Part shown: positions 39,621-49,142 of the stretch, piece after piece | How the letters are laid out: every line of letters begins with the position of its first letter | How positions within the stretch are numbered: the first letter of the stretch is position 1 | Assembly: GCA_016178505.1 (NCBI GenBank) | Contig: JACOTG010000201.1 | Location: 2,413 to 66,412 of the forward strand | Direction: 5' to 3' | Source: Planctomycetota bacterium | GTDB lineage: Bacteria > Planctomycetota > JACOTG01 | Length of the DNA: 64,000 nt | The notes under the pieces: model-generated | What the model saw: the letters and a program-made list of their open reading frames with translations, nothing else | The model's database searches: none | What the model was told of the DNA's origin: nothing | Program-made: the position numbers and the translations under genes

Positions 39621-39645
39621 GTTTGGTCTGAGACTTCGCGGACTA

Positions 39646-41274
39646 TTACATGCCCATGCCGCCGCCGTGCGGCATCGCGGGCATCTTTTCCTTCTCTTCC
39701 GGGATCTCGCTGATGAGAGCCTCGGTGGTGAGGAGGAGCGACGCGATTGACGCGGCGTTCTGGAGCGCCGAGCGCGTGACCTTCGTCGGATCGATGATGC
39801 CTTCCTTGACGAGGTCGAGGTATTGTCCGGTTCGCGCGTCGAAGCCCTCGTTGGCGTTCTTGGCCTCCTTGACGCGCTGGACGACGATCGCGCCGTCCAC
39901 GCCCGCATTGACCGCGATCTGGCGCAGGGGCGCCTCGACCGCGCGGCGAACGATGTCGACGCCGACCTTCTCGTCGCCGGTGAGCTTCAGCTTGTCGAGC
40001 GCCTTGCTCGCGCGAATGAGCGCGACGCCGCCGCCCGGCAGGATGCCTTCCTCGACGGCCGCGCGGGTCGCATGGAGCGCGTCTTCGACGCGCGCCTTCT
40101 TCTCCTTCATTTCGGTCTCGGTCGCTGCGCCGACGTTGATCTGCGCGACTCCGCCCGAGAGCTTCGCCAGGCGCTCCTGGAACTTCTCGCGATCGTAGTC
40201 GGACGTCGTGGCGTCGATCTCGCGCTTGATCTGGGCGATGCGGCCCTGGATGGCCGCGGTCTCGCCGGCGCCCTCGACGATCGTGGTGTTCTCTTTGTCG
40301 ACGACGATCTTCTTCGCTTGGCCGAGGTCCTCGATCTTCACGTTGGCGAGCTCGATCCCGAGATCCTCGAAGATCGCCTTGCCGCCCGTGCGGACGGCGA
40401 TGTCCTCGAGCATGGCCTTGCGGCGATCGCCGAACCCGGGAGCCTTCACGGCGCAGCACTCGAACGTGCCGCGCAGGCGGTTCACGACGAGCGTCGCGAG
40501 CGCTTCGCCTTCGACGTCTTCGGCGATGATGACGAGCGGCTTGCCCGCGCGGTGGATCTTCTCGAGCAGCGGCACGAGGTCCTTCACCGACGAGATCTTC
40601 TTCTCGTGGATGAGGACGTACGGCTTGTCGAGAACGGCCTCCATCGAGTCGTTCTTGTTCACGAAGTAGGGCGAGATGTAGCCCTTGTCGAACTGCATGC
40701 CCTCGACCCACTCGACGTTGGTCTCGAGCCCCTTTCCTTCTTCGACGGTGATGACGCCGTCCTTGCCGACCTTTTCCATGGCGTCGGCGATCTGCTTGCC
40801 GATCTCCTCGTCGTTGTTCGAGGCGATGGCGCCGACCTGCGCGATCTCCTTCTTGCCCTTCACTTCCTTGCTCATCGACTTCAGCTCGTCGATGATCGCC
40901 CCGACCGCCGCCTCGATGCCGCGCTTCAGCGAGATCGGATTCGCGCCTGCGGTGACGTTGCGCAATCCTTCCTCGAAGATGGCCTCTGCAAGAACGGTGG
41001 CCGTCGTCGTGCCGTCGCCGGCGATTTCCGACGTCTTGCTGGCGACTTCCTTCACCATCTGCGCGCCCATGTTCTCGTAGGCGTCCTGCAGCTCGATCTC
41101 CTTCGCGACGGTGACGCCGTCCTTGGTGACGGTCGGCGACCCGAAGCTCTTCTCGAGGATGACGTTTCGGCCGCGCGGGCCGAGCGTCACCTTCACGGCG
41201 CGGCTGAGCTTGCGCACGCCGCTGCGAATGGCTTCACGCGCTTCCTGGTCGAAGGCGATTTTCTTGGCGCTCAT
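39646..41274 (-). CDS. groL: chaperonin GroEL (60-kDa)
   Basis: [20 protein letters not shown]...GGGMGM C-terminus. Full-length unmistakable GroEL. Confidence 0.95.
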   Translation of the reverse strand: MSAKKIAFDQEAREAIRSGVRKLSRAVKVTLGPRGRNVILEKSFGSPTVTKDGVTVAKEIELQDAYENMGAQMVKEVASKTSEIAGDGTTTATVLAEAIFEEGLRNVTAGANPISLKRGIEAAVGAIIDELKSMSKEVKGKKEIAQVGAIASNNDEEIGKQIADAMEKVGKDGVITVEEGKGLETNVEWVEGMQFDKGYISPYFVNKNDSMEAVLDKPYVLIHEKKISSVKDLVPLLEKIHRAGKPLVIIAEDVEGEALATLVVNRLRGTFECCAVKAPGFGDRRKAMLEDIAVRTGGKAIFEDLGIELANVKIEDLGQAKKIVVDKENTTIVEGAGETAAIQGRIAQIKREIDATTSDYDREKFQERLAKLSGGVAQINVGAATETEMKEKKARVEDALHATRAAVEEGILPGGGVALIRASKALDKLKLTGDEKVGVDIVRRAVEAPLRQIAVNAGVDGAIVVQRVKEAKNANEGFDARTGQYLDLVKEGIIDPTKVTRSALQNAASIASLLLTTEALISEIPEEKEKMPAMPHGGGMGM

Positions 41275-41347
41275 GGTTTCTCTATCTCCTGGTTTCTCGT
41301 TGATTTCTCATGTGGCGGACTCGGCGCCGAGCCGGCGTCGAAGTGCG

Positions 41348-41653
41348 CTACTGGACGATGGCGAGGATGTCCTCTTCGGCCATGATCAAATAGCCTTCGC
41401 CGCCATGGCGAACTTCGGTGCCCGCGTACGAGTTGAAGATGACGCGGTCGTTCACCTTCACTTGGAACTCGACGCGCCGGCCGTTGTCGAGGACTCGACC
41501 TTCGCCGACGGCGACGACCTTGCCCTCGCGCGGCTTTTCCTTCGCCGTGTCGGGCAGGACGATTCCGCCCTTCGTGCGTTCCTCGGCCTCGAGGCGCTTG
41601 ATGAGGACCTTGTCGTTCAACGGTCGGATCTTCTCCGTCGCCATCTCGATCAC
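41348..41653 (-). CDS. groS: co-chaperonin GroES (10-kDa)
   Basis: [26 protein letters not shown]...[13 protein letters not shown]. Alternative start at ATG 41644 (MATEKIRPL). Confidence 0.9.
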   Translation of the reverse strand: MIEMATEKIRPLNDKVLIKRLEAEERTKGGIVLPDTAKEKPREGKVVAVGEGRVLDNGRRVEFQVKVNDRVIFNSYAGTEVRHGGEGYLIMAEEDILAIVQ

Positions 41654-42084
41654 TCCCTTCTATCTGGGTTCCTGTAGTAGCGTTCCAGTAGCATCTGGAC
41701 GCTGATTTTCACGACTTCCGCTTCGAACGGCTTCAAGATGATGGTGAACGCGCCCGCATCGAGCGCTTCGAGCTGCAGCTCCTTCGACTTGTCCGCGGTG
41801 AGGAAAATTGTCGGTGGCAGCGGATTGCGCACCTGATCGATCAGGCGCAGCGTCGCGAGCCCTGTGAGGTCGCGCATGTACATGTCGAGGATCAAGAGGT
41901 GCAGCGCCTCGATTCTTGCGATCTCGATGGCTTGCTTCCCGCAGTCCGCCTGCAGGACACGATGGCCTTCGCGATCGAGCAATCCTGTGACGGTTCGCCG
42001 GCACGCCGCGTCGTCGTCGGCGACGAGAATCGTGAACCGTTCGTGTGCCTCGTCTCGGCCCGGTAGCGTCGTTCGTATGGACAT
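41650..42084 (-). CDS. single-domain response regulator (CheY-like receiver), stop overlaps the groES start
   Basis: [20 protein letters not shown]...[13 protein letters not shown]...[29 protein letters not shown] (phospho-acceptor Asp in LILD, Thr/Lys motifs). The N-terminal extension of the ORF is rejected. Confidence 0.7.
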   Translation of the reverse strand: MSIRTTLPGRDEAHERFTILVADDDAACRRTVTGLLDREGHRVLQADCGKQAIEIARIEALHLLILDMYMRDLTGLATLRLIDQVRNPLPPTIFLTADKSKELQLEALDAGAFTIILKPFEAEVVKISVQMLLERYYRNPDRRE

Positions 42085-42381
42085 GACTTCGCCGATCCTA
42101 TCCGAGTGCGTGCGTCTTCGTATGGGGCCAGTATCAAACGCAGTGCCGATTCGACGCGGTCGTGGCGAGCATTCATAAACCCCAAAGAACAAAATGCTAA
42201 GAAGGTCGTGCCCAAGTTTCGTTCCAGGGCGTCGATGGGCCGCGTGCCAATCTGGCAGCCAACTCACGGTACCTCAGAAGGATTCTGTCAGAGTGTCAGT
42301 CGCCGATTCGCCGGCGGCTTGAAAGGACCGTGCGCGACGGTTAACGTCTGCGCGCACGTTCGGAGGGATGGAGTCAGAAGG

Positions 42382-43350
42382 GTGTCGATCATCGATCTTC
42401 GAAGACGCTGCCGCCGATGCATCGCGGTGTCCGTCGCGTTCGCGATGGTTGCCGCAGCTCCGTTGATTCTCGCGTCCGGCTGCGGCCGCGTCTCGCCGCG
42501 CGCGGCTGACGACGACGAGCCCACGGACGATCGGCCGGAGCTGGTTCGACGGTACGACATCCTCCGGAATCGGAATCCGATCGAATCGGAGCCCGTGCGG
42601 GAGACGCTTTCCGACGGATGGCGCCGCGCTCGATTCACGTTTCGTGGACAGAACCGGCGGGTGCTCACCGCGGAACTCGTGACGCCGCCGGCGACCGCGG
42701 GCGACGGCCCGGGCGCGATGGCGGTCGCCGTGTATCTCCTGCGAGCCGTCGAGACTCCGGACGTCGCACTCGAAGTCGCGCGCGGACTGCAACCCTTGCG
42801 CGTGGCGGTGCTGTCCTTTTCGCCCGAGAGCAGCGCGGGCTCGGCCTCTGCAAACGAGAAGCGAGAGACGCTCGAGAGAGATCGCCTCGCCGCACTCGAT
42901 GCACGGTTCGCGCTCGATGCGCTCGCCGCGTTTCCCGAGATCGATCGCGGTCGGATCGTCGTGATCGGCGCGAGTCAGGGCGCCGCACCCGCGTGCATCG
43001 TCGGGGGAGTCGACCCGCACGTGAACGGCGTCGTTTCCATCGTCGGAGGCGGCGACATCGCCGCCACGATGCGCGAGCGCTTCGCGGCGGATCCGGGCGA
43101 GCGCGCGGCCGAGATCAAGTCGGCGCTCAAGCGCATCGACCCGCGCGCCTACTTGCCATTTCTCGGGCCTCGTCCGATCCTGTTCGTTCAAGCGGAGCGC
43201 GACACGACTCCGCGTCCGCACGTGGAGTCGCTGATCGCGGCAGCGACGTCGAACAAGCACGTGGTCTGGCTCGACGAGGAGCATCGTTTTCCGTTCGACC
43301 GCGCAGCCCCTGCCGTGCGAGAGTGGCTGCGCACTCAACTGGGTTGGTGA
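42382..43350 (+). CDS. alpha/beta-hydrolase lipoprotein (dienelactone hydrolase / peptidase S9-like)
   Basis: Lipobox LILASGC. Nucleophile elbow VVIGASQGA. His near the C-terminus (DEEHRFPF). GTG start. Confidence 0.5.
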   Translation: MSIIDLRRRCRRCIAVSVAFAMVAAAPLILASGCGRVSPRAADDDEPTDDRPELVRRYDILRNRNPIESEPVRETLSDGWRRARFTFRGQNRRVLTAELVTPPATAGDGPGAMAVAVYLLRAVETPDVALEVARGLQPLRVAVLSFSPESSAGSASANEKRETLERDRLAALDARFALDALAAFPEIDRGRIVVIGASQGAAPACIVGGVDPHVNGVVSIVGGGDIAATMRERFAADPGERAAEIKSALKRIDPRAYLPFLGPRPILFVQAERDTTPRPHVESLIAAATSNKHVVWLDEEHRFPFDRAAPAVREWLRTQLGW

Positions 43351-43373
43351 CGTCGGCTGGAATGTCTGAGAAC

Positions 43374-43389
43374 GAGCGATCGCTCGCGA
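43374..43389. promoter_or_regulatory. perfect 12-bp palindrome GAGCGATCGCTC (plus TCGCGA) about 45 nt upstream of the FHA-activator gene, possible operator
   Basis: Read directly. Lies between the stop of the hydrolase gene and the RBS gagggagg of the next gene. Confidence 0.25.
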
Positions 43390-43428
43390 GAGCGACGGAC
43401 TCGGAATCCTGCGTGTGAGGGAGGTGGA

Positions 43429-45381
43429 ATGGCGCGTCTGATCCAACTTTCGGGGCCGTCGATCACGCCGGCGACCACCCGCAAGGCGGAGGTCACGTTC
43501 GGTCGCGATCGCACCAACGACTATCAACTCGGCGATCCGTCGACGTCGCGGACGCACGCCAAGATCGCGTTCGAGGGGGGGCGTTACACGCTCGTCGATC
43601 TCGGGAGCCGCAACGGGACCTATCACAACGGGGCGAAAGTGACGAAGGCCACGCCGTTGTCGAACGGCGACCTCGTGAAATTCGGCTACCCCGAATTCCG
43701 GTTCGAGTGCGCGACGCGCGAGCACGTGCCGGTGATCGAGCTCACGCGCGACAGCGCGACGGTGACCTCGATGCCGCAGGCGCCGCGGCCCGTGGCGTCC
43801 ACGCAAGAACGTTCGATCGGACCGGACGCCGCCGAGCTGACTGCGTTGCGCCGCGATCACGAGAAGCTGATGCTGCTTTACGAGATCGGCAAGGACGTGC
43901 ACACGGCGCTCGACGATCCAACCGCGCTCCTCAAGAAATCGCTCGAGATCGTGTTCAAGGTGCTCGACGCCGAACGGGCGTTCGTCGCCACGGTGGACCG
44001 CGACTCGGGCGCGCTCGTCTACGAGGAAGTGCGCGACCGCGACGGGAAAGACCTGGACGTCGAGAAGGAGATCCCGGTCAGCAAGACGATCACCCACGAC
44101 GTCGTGAAGAACAAGCGCGCGATCCTCACGCGCGATGCCGTGGCGGAGGAACAGTACCGGGGCATTCAGTCGATCGCGGACATGAAGCTGCTCTCGGCAA
44201 TGTGCGTTCCGCTGATGTATCGAGACCAGGCGCTCGGGATCCTCTATGCCGACAATCACGCGCAGCGAAATTGCTTTTCGCCTGCGGATCTCGAGTTCTT
44301 CGCATCGCTCGGACATCTCGTCGGCATCGCGCTCGGAAACGCGACGCTCTTCCGGCGCGAGCGCGAGGAGAAGGCCGCACTGATCGAGATCCTCGGCCAG
44401 GAAGTCGGCATGGTCGGGCGAAAGAGCGCGAGCATGCAGGCAGTCTTCGAGCAGATCGATCGCGTTGCGCCGAGCGAGGCAAACGTGATCATCACGGGCG
44501 AGTCGGGCGCGGGCAAAGAGCTCGTTGCACGCGCCATTCACAATCAATCGCATCGCAAGGCGAAGGCATTCGTCCCGGTCAACTGTGCGGCGATTCCGGA
44601 CACGCTCCTGGAGAGCGAGCTCTTCGGCTACGCGCCGAACTCGGGCATCTCGGGTGCGTCGCCGAAGGGCAAGCCGGGCAAGTTCGAGCTCGCGCACGGC
44701 GGGACGATCTTCCTCGACGAAATCGGCGACATGCCTCCGGCGACACAGGCGAAGATCTTGCGCGTCGTGCAGGATCGCCGCGTCGAGCGCCTGTCCGCGA
44801 CCGAACCGACCCAGGTCGACGTGCGCATCCTCTCGGCGACGAACCGAGACCTTTCGGAGGAGATCAAGGCCGGGCGCTTTCGGGAGGATCTCTTCTACCG
44901 GCTCAAGGTCGTGCAGGTCCACGTGCCGCCCTTGCGCGAACGCCGCGAGGACATTCCGGAGTTGGTCGAGTACTTCGTCCGCCGTGCGTGCGCGCGCAAC
45001 AACCGCTTCATCCGCGAGGTCCAGCAGAAGGCGATGGACCTCCTCCAGGGATATCCGTGGCCGGGCAACGTGCGAGAACTCGAGAACGCGATCGAAGCCG
45101 CGGTGGTCATGAGCGGCGGCCCGGTCGTCACGACCGACGTCCTGAGCGAACGGGTGCGGCAAGGACGCAAAGGAATCCCGTCACACTTGCCGACCTGGGA
45201 CGAAGAGGAGCGCCAGTATCTCCTTCGCGTGTTGCGTCACTGCAAGGGAGTGAAGTCGCACGCGGCCGACGTCACGGGGTTGGCCCGAAAGACGATCCAC
45301 GAGAAGATCAAGCAGCACAATCTGAAGCCGTCCGACTGGGGAGGCGCCGGGGACGACGAGCCCGAGGCCGGCTCGGATTGA
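43429..45381 (+). CDS. sigma-54-dependent transcriptional activator with N-terminal FHA domain and central GAF domain (FHA-GAF-AAA+-HTH)
   Basis: FHA: TFGRDRTNDYQLGDPSTSRTHAKIAFEGGRYTLVDLGSRNGTYHNG. GAF. Sigma-54 AAA+: IITGESGAGKELVARAIH, ESELFGY, ELENAIEAAV. C-terminal Fis-type HTH. Confidence 0.8.
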   Translation: MARLIQLSGPSITPATTRKAEVTFGRDRTNDYQLGDPSTSRTHAKIAFEGGRYTLVDLGSRNGTYHNGAKVTKATPLSNGDLVKFGYPEFRFECATREHVPVIELTRDSATVTSMPQAPRPVASTQERSIGPDAAELTALRRDHEKLMLLYEIGKDVHTALDDPTALLKKSLEIVFKVLDAERAFVATVDRDSGALVYEEVRDRDGKDLDVEKEIPVSKTITHDVVKNKRAILTRDAVAEEQYRGIQSIADMKLLSAMCVPLMYRDQALGILYADNHAQRNCFSPADLEFFASLGHLVGIALGNATLFRREREEKAALIEILGQEVGMVGRKSASMQAVFEQIDRVAPSEANVIITGESGAGKELVARAIHNQSHRKAKAFVPVNCAAIPDTLLESELFGYAPNSGISGASPKGKPGKFELAHGGTIFLDEIGDMPPATQAKILRVVQDRRVERLSATEPTQVDVRILSATNRDLSEEIKAGRFREDLFYRLKVVQVHVPPLRERREDIPELVEYFVRRACARNNRFIREVQQKAMDLLQGYPWPGNVRELENAIEAAVVMSGGPVVTTDVLSERVRQGRKGIPSHLPTWDEEERQYLLRVLRHCKGVKSHAADVTGLARKTIHEKIKQHNLKPSDWGGAGDDEPEAGSD

Positions 45382-45385
45382 CGTC

Positions 45386-46030
45386 CTATTTCTTCGGTTT
45401 GACCTGCACCCAGTTTTCCTTCTCGTCCTGGTACCAATAGCCGACGGGCGCCTCTTCGACCCACTTCTTCGCGAAGATCGATTGGATGCGCGGCACGTCG
45501 GCGGCCGAAATGTCGTTGGCGACGGCGAGCTCTCGGTAGAGCGCACTGCGATCGGCGTTTTCGGCGTCGACGAGCCGTCGCGCCTCCGTCTTGTCCTTCA
45601 GAGTGACGCCGTCGATCTCGCGAACCCCGAGGTTGCCGTTCTTGAGGATTCCGACGAGGCCCTTCTCGTAGAGCGGCTTCAACTTCTCGAGTCGCTCCTT
45701 CTGCGAGGCCTGGATCTTCTTCACGGCCGGGCTCGAAGCGTTCAAGTTGATCGGCTTGTCTTGGAGAGCAAGCTCCGCCGCATACACCGGGCGATCGAAC
45801 AGCGAGGCGAGGAAGCCCGTCTTCGGCGGCTCCTTTGCATCGGTCGATTCGGGTGACGGCACCGTCGAGTTGGGGTCGGCGGTCTCGACCGAGCTCTGGT
45901 AGTACTCGCGAGCCATCTTCCTCGCCAAGGCTTCCAACTCGGTCGCCGGGAAATTGACGGTCACGTAGAAGCAGCCAGTCACGATCGCCAGGAGGGCGAG
46001 GCACGCCGGTCTAGTCGTCATGCGGTTCAT
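45386..46030 (-). CDS. YdbL-like lipoprotein (DUF1318 family)
   Basis: Lipobox LAIVTGC. C-terminal region ADRSALYRELAVANDISAADVPRIQSIFAKKWVEEAPVGYWYQDEKENWVQV resembles E. coli YdbL (ERKASYQQLAKQNNVSVDDIAKLAGQKLV...GEYVQGINGKWVRK). Confidence 0.6.
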   Translation of the reverse strand: MNRMTTRPACLALLAIVTGCFYVTVNFPATELEALARKMAREYYQSSVETADPNSTVPSPESTDAKEPPKTGFLASLFDRPVYAAELALQDKPINLNASSPAVKKIQASQKERLEKLKPLYEKGLVGILKNGNLGVREIDGVTLKDKTEARRLVDAENADRSALYRELAVANDISAADVPRIQSIFAKKWVEEAPVGYWYQDEKENWVQVKPKK

Positions 46031-46105
46031 GGTTCGTTTGCTCCTGTTGTTCGAGATGCCGCAATCGTGGACGACATTCTAGCACTCGCCTCGAGATCAT
46101 CCGGG

Positions 46106-49100
46106 TCAGTCGGTTTTCTTGGCGTGCGCGCTTCGGATCTCCGCGATGAACTCGTCGAACGAAACGCCGAAGACCGCCGGATTGATCTTGATCGCGAGCC
46201 GAGGAAGCAAGCCAGCGGGGAGCAGTAGATACTCCTGCACTCCTTCCAGTTGTCGGAGCGGCCACGTGAATCGATCGGGCGTTCCGAACAGATCGTTGCC
46301 GTCCGCATCGAATCGACCGTGAAACTGGAAGATCCCGTTTTGGAGTGCGATCGCTGCGCCGATCTTCGAGTAGCGGAATGCGCCGAGGAAGTTCGCAAGA
46401 TGGCCCTGCAGAGTCAGGCGTCCTTCGGTGCTCAGATACGGGATCTGTTGCAGCGCTTTCAGGCCGACGATCTGCTTCGAGCGACCGTCGACGGTTCGAA
46501 ACCGCGCGAGGAATCGCTCGAGCTCGCCGGCGCCGATCCAGACGTACGGGACGTCGGCCTCGACGATTCCACGGACTTCGCCGTAGTCGAAGATCGTGGA
46601 CACGCGCTCGAGATCGACGTCCCACGCGGTCAGCGAGGTCTTGAATCGAGCGAGAGAACTGAACGGATGGTCGCCGGAGACGTCGCCGATCTTCACGTGA
46701 CCGCCGAATGCGCTGACGATCGTGTCGCCGCGCACGCGCAGCTGCGCCACCGAAGCGGATACCGCCAGTTCTGTCGGCGTGAGCATCGTCGCGTCGAACG
46801 GATACTTCGCTGCGAGTTCGGGAATCATTTGCGAGACCCGAAGACCGGAGAATCCGACGTCGGCGACGAGCATCACGCGATTGGCGACGTCGTCGAGCGT
46901 GTCCTCGGCGCGGATGCCGACGCGCTGAAGGGAGATGTCTCCGCCGAATCCCGAAAGGCGGATCGGCTCGAGGGACGTCTCGTTCTGCCATCCGCCTTCG
47001 GCTGGGCGAAACACGAGCCGCAGATGATCGCCGTGCACGGAACCGACGCGAAGCGATGAGACCGCGACCGTCGCGGTGTCGGCGGGCGCGGGCACGCCAA
47101 TCCCGAGCGGGACGTCGGCGTCGAGCATTTCCAAGTCGAGCGATTCGCCGTGCACGGCGACGTCGTGGAGACGGACTCGGCCGTTCATCGTCGTCGGCGC
47201 GTCGTGACGCAGGCGTGCGTCGACGTTCGCCTCGGCGCGGCCCGAGACGCGCAGCGCGGCGATCTTGGGCTCGGAGTCCTGCACGTTCGGCACGACGAGC
47301 GCTCGAAACGCCGCATCGAAATCGGGAACCGATGCGTGCAGTGCGATCGCCGCGTCGGGGGCCGTTCGTAGCCCCGTCGCCGATCCGGAGACGTCGGCGT
47401 CGACGAGCCCACCGAACGAAACGCGCGACGAGCGAAGCTCGAGTCGATCGGCGTCGAGGTCGTAGCTGCCGCCGGAGTCGAGCGACAGGGCGGTGATCGT
47501 GGCGTCGATGCTGTACTTCTTCGCAACGCCGAAGAAGCCGGTCGCGTTCCCGCGAACCGCGAGGTCGAGCCGCCGGCGGTCGGAGAGCGTCCCGTCGATC
47601 GAGAGAGTAGCCGCGACGCCGTCGGCTTCGACGTCGGCGAGTGCGAAGCCGATGCCGCCGAGGGTGACGTCGCCCGCGAGCCGGTGAGCGTTCGCTTCGT
47701 CCGATCGGTCATAGGCCAGCCGACAACCGAGCGTCCCGCGCATGGACGGAACGACGTGCGCGAGGGAGACGTCGCTGGCCGTAAGCGTTCCCGTGCGGAC
47801 GGCGCGATCGACGATGCGAAGACGAGTTTCGAGGCGGCCGAGCGTCGGCGACGTGATCGTGACGCCGGCCTCGACGTCTCCCGCTGCCGAGGCACTGCGC
47901 GCGGTTGCGTCCACGGTCGCGTCGGCGGTGCCGCCGCCCAGTGCGGCCGCGAGCTCGACGCCGTGTACGTCGCCTTTCGCGGTCGCACGCCAGCCTCCGT
48001 CGACCGCGCGCGCGAGGTTGGCGACCAGCGATGCACGGCCGTTCACGAGCCGTGCGGGGGCTTCCGGCGAATTCATGCCCGTGAGATCGACGTGCATTTC
48101 CGCGGCGACGTCGCCGTCGCGAGACGTTTCGAATCGATCGACCCGAATCGTCGCGTGCCCGGCGACGGGCGAGCCCCAGGGCGCGAGGTCGGTCTCGATC
48201 GTCGTGGGACGCGTGAGAATCGCTCGGGCATCGGCGACGTTCAGTGAGACGGAGGCGTCGCGCAGCTCCACGAGGCGGATCTGGGCGCGTTCGATCCCGG
48301 CGCTGACGACCTCGTTAACCACGGACACGTCGGCCACGACGTCGACGGGTGTTCGACCGATCGGCTCCGGAAACGTCGCAGAATCGATGTGAATGCGAAC
48401 GTGACCCGCGACTCCAGAGCCTTCGAGGGTCGCATCCGCCTCGATCTCCGACGCGCCGCCGACGGTGCCCGAGGGCACGCCGAGTGCATCGAGGAGCTCG
48501 AGCGGTGGGTTCGCCGCACGCGCGACGAGATGGAGTCGTCGCTGCGCGTCGACCGCGATGTCGAGTCGACACGGGCCGATCGATCCGCTCAGGGTGGCGC
48601 TCGTGAGTCCCGACCCGCCGAGCGTCGCCTCCCCGCGAACGTCCGAAAGCCGAATGGTTCGTCCTCGCCTCACGAAATTCACGACGCCGCTCTCGACCTC
48701 GACCCGATCGACGCGTGCGCCAGCGTTGCCCGTCCTACCCTTGCCGAGGCGAGAGAAAACGTCCGCGAGGTCATGCGTGCGGTCGAGATCGACGGCGACT
48801 TCGAGTCCCCGTACGACGATGCTCTCCACGTGGGGCGAGCCGGACGCGAGGGTGCGGGTATCGAATCGAGCGTCCACGAGTTCCGCACGCGCGGCAATGG
48901 CGTCGCCTGAATTGCCGAGCTCGACGTTTCCGATCGATGCGCGGCCCGGCGAGACGCCGAGGCCGCGAAGCTCGCCGGCGACGCGAAGTCCGGTGGCGTC
49001 CGAGGCCCGTCGAAGCAGGGACGGCCAAGCGAACGTGCGCACGAGCTGCGGGAGGAAGGCCCACGCTGCGGTCAAGAGCGCGACGATTGCCGCCGCAGCG

Positions 49101-49138
49101 ACGATGGTCCGGCGAGGCCAGCGTCTCGTTTTGGGCAT
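46106..49138 (-). CDS. large AsmA/YdbH-family inner-membrane-anchored protein (1010 aa)
   Basis: N-terminal TM anchor RRTIVAAAAIVALLTAAWAF, long repetitive beta-rich body. Synteny with the ydbL-like gene immediately downstream, as in the E. coli ydbH-ynbE-ydbL operon. Confidence 0.55.
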   Translation of the reverse strand: MPKTRRWPRRTIVAAAAIVALLTAAWAFLPQLVRTFAWPSLLRRASDATGLRVAGELRGLGVSPGRASIGNVELGNSGDAIAARAELVDARFDTRTLASGSPHVESIVVRGLEVAVDLDRTHDLADVFSRLGKGRTGNAGARVDRVEVESGVVNFVRRGRTIRLSDVRGEATLGGSGLTSATLSGSIGPCRLDIAVDAQRRLHLVARAANPPLELLDALGVPSGTVGGASEIEADATLEGSGVAGHVRIHIDSATFPEPIGRTPVDVVADVSVVNEVVSAGIERAQIRLVELRDASVSLNVADARAILTRPTTIETDLAPWGSPVAGHATIRVDRFETSRDGDVAAEMHVDLTGMNSPEAPARLVNGRASLVANLARAVDGGWRATAKGDVHGVELAAALGGGTADATVDATARSASAAGDVEAGVTITSPTLGRLETRLRIVDRAVRTGTLTASDVSLAHVVPSMRGTLGCRLAYDRSDEANAHRLAGDVTLGGIGFALADVEADGVAATLSIDGTLSDRRRLDLAVRGNATGFFGVAKKYSIDATITALSLDSGGSYDLDADRLELRSSRVSFGGLVDADVSGSATGLRTAPDAAIALHASVPDFDAAFRALVVPNVQDSEPKIAALRVSGRAEANVDARLRHDAPTTMNGRVRLHDVAVHGESLDLEMLDADVPLGIGVPAPADTATVAVSSLRVGSVHGDHLRLVFRPAEGGWQNETSLEPIRLSGFGGDISLQRVGIRAEDTLDDVANRVMLVADVGFSGLRVSQMIPELAAKYPFDATMLTPTELAVSASVAQLRVRGDTIVSAFGGHVKIGDVSGDHPFSSLARFKTSLTAWDVDLERVSTIFDYGEVRGIVEADVPYVWIGAGELERFLARFRTVDGRSKQIVGLKALQQIPYLSTEGRLTLQGHLANFLGAFRYSKIGAAIALQNGIFQFHGRFDADGNDLFGTPDRFTWPLRQLEGVQEYLLLPAGLLPRLAIKINPAVFGVSFDEFIAEIRSAHAKKTD

Positions 49139-49142
49139 TCGC

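Noticed and set aside
39823-41385. 520-aa + ORF
   Set aside because: Antisense to groEL.
42085-42300. possible CIRCE heat-shock operator upstream of the receiver-groESL operon
   Set aside because: Only a loose ttagcattt...gaatgctcg pair with a ~17-nt spacer. Does not satisfy TTAGCACTC-N9-GAGTGCTAA.
42274-45162. 962-aa - ORF
   Set aside because: Antisense across the alpha/beta hydrolase and FHA-sigma-54 activator genes. No motifs.
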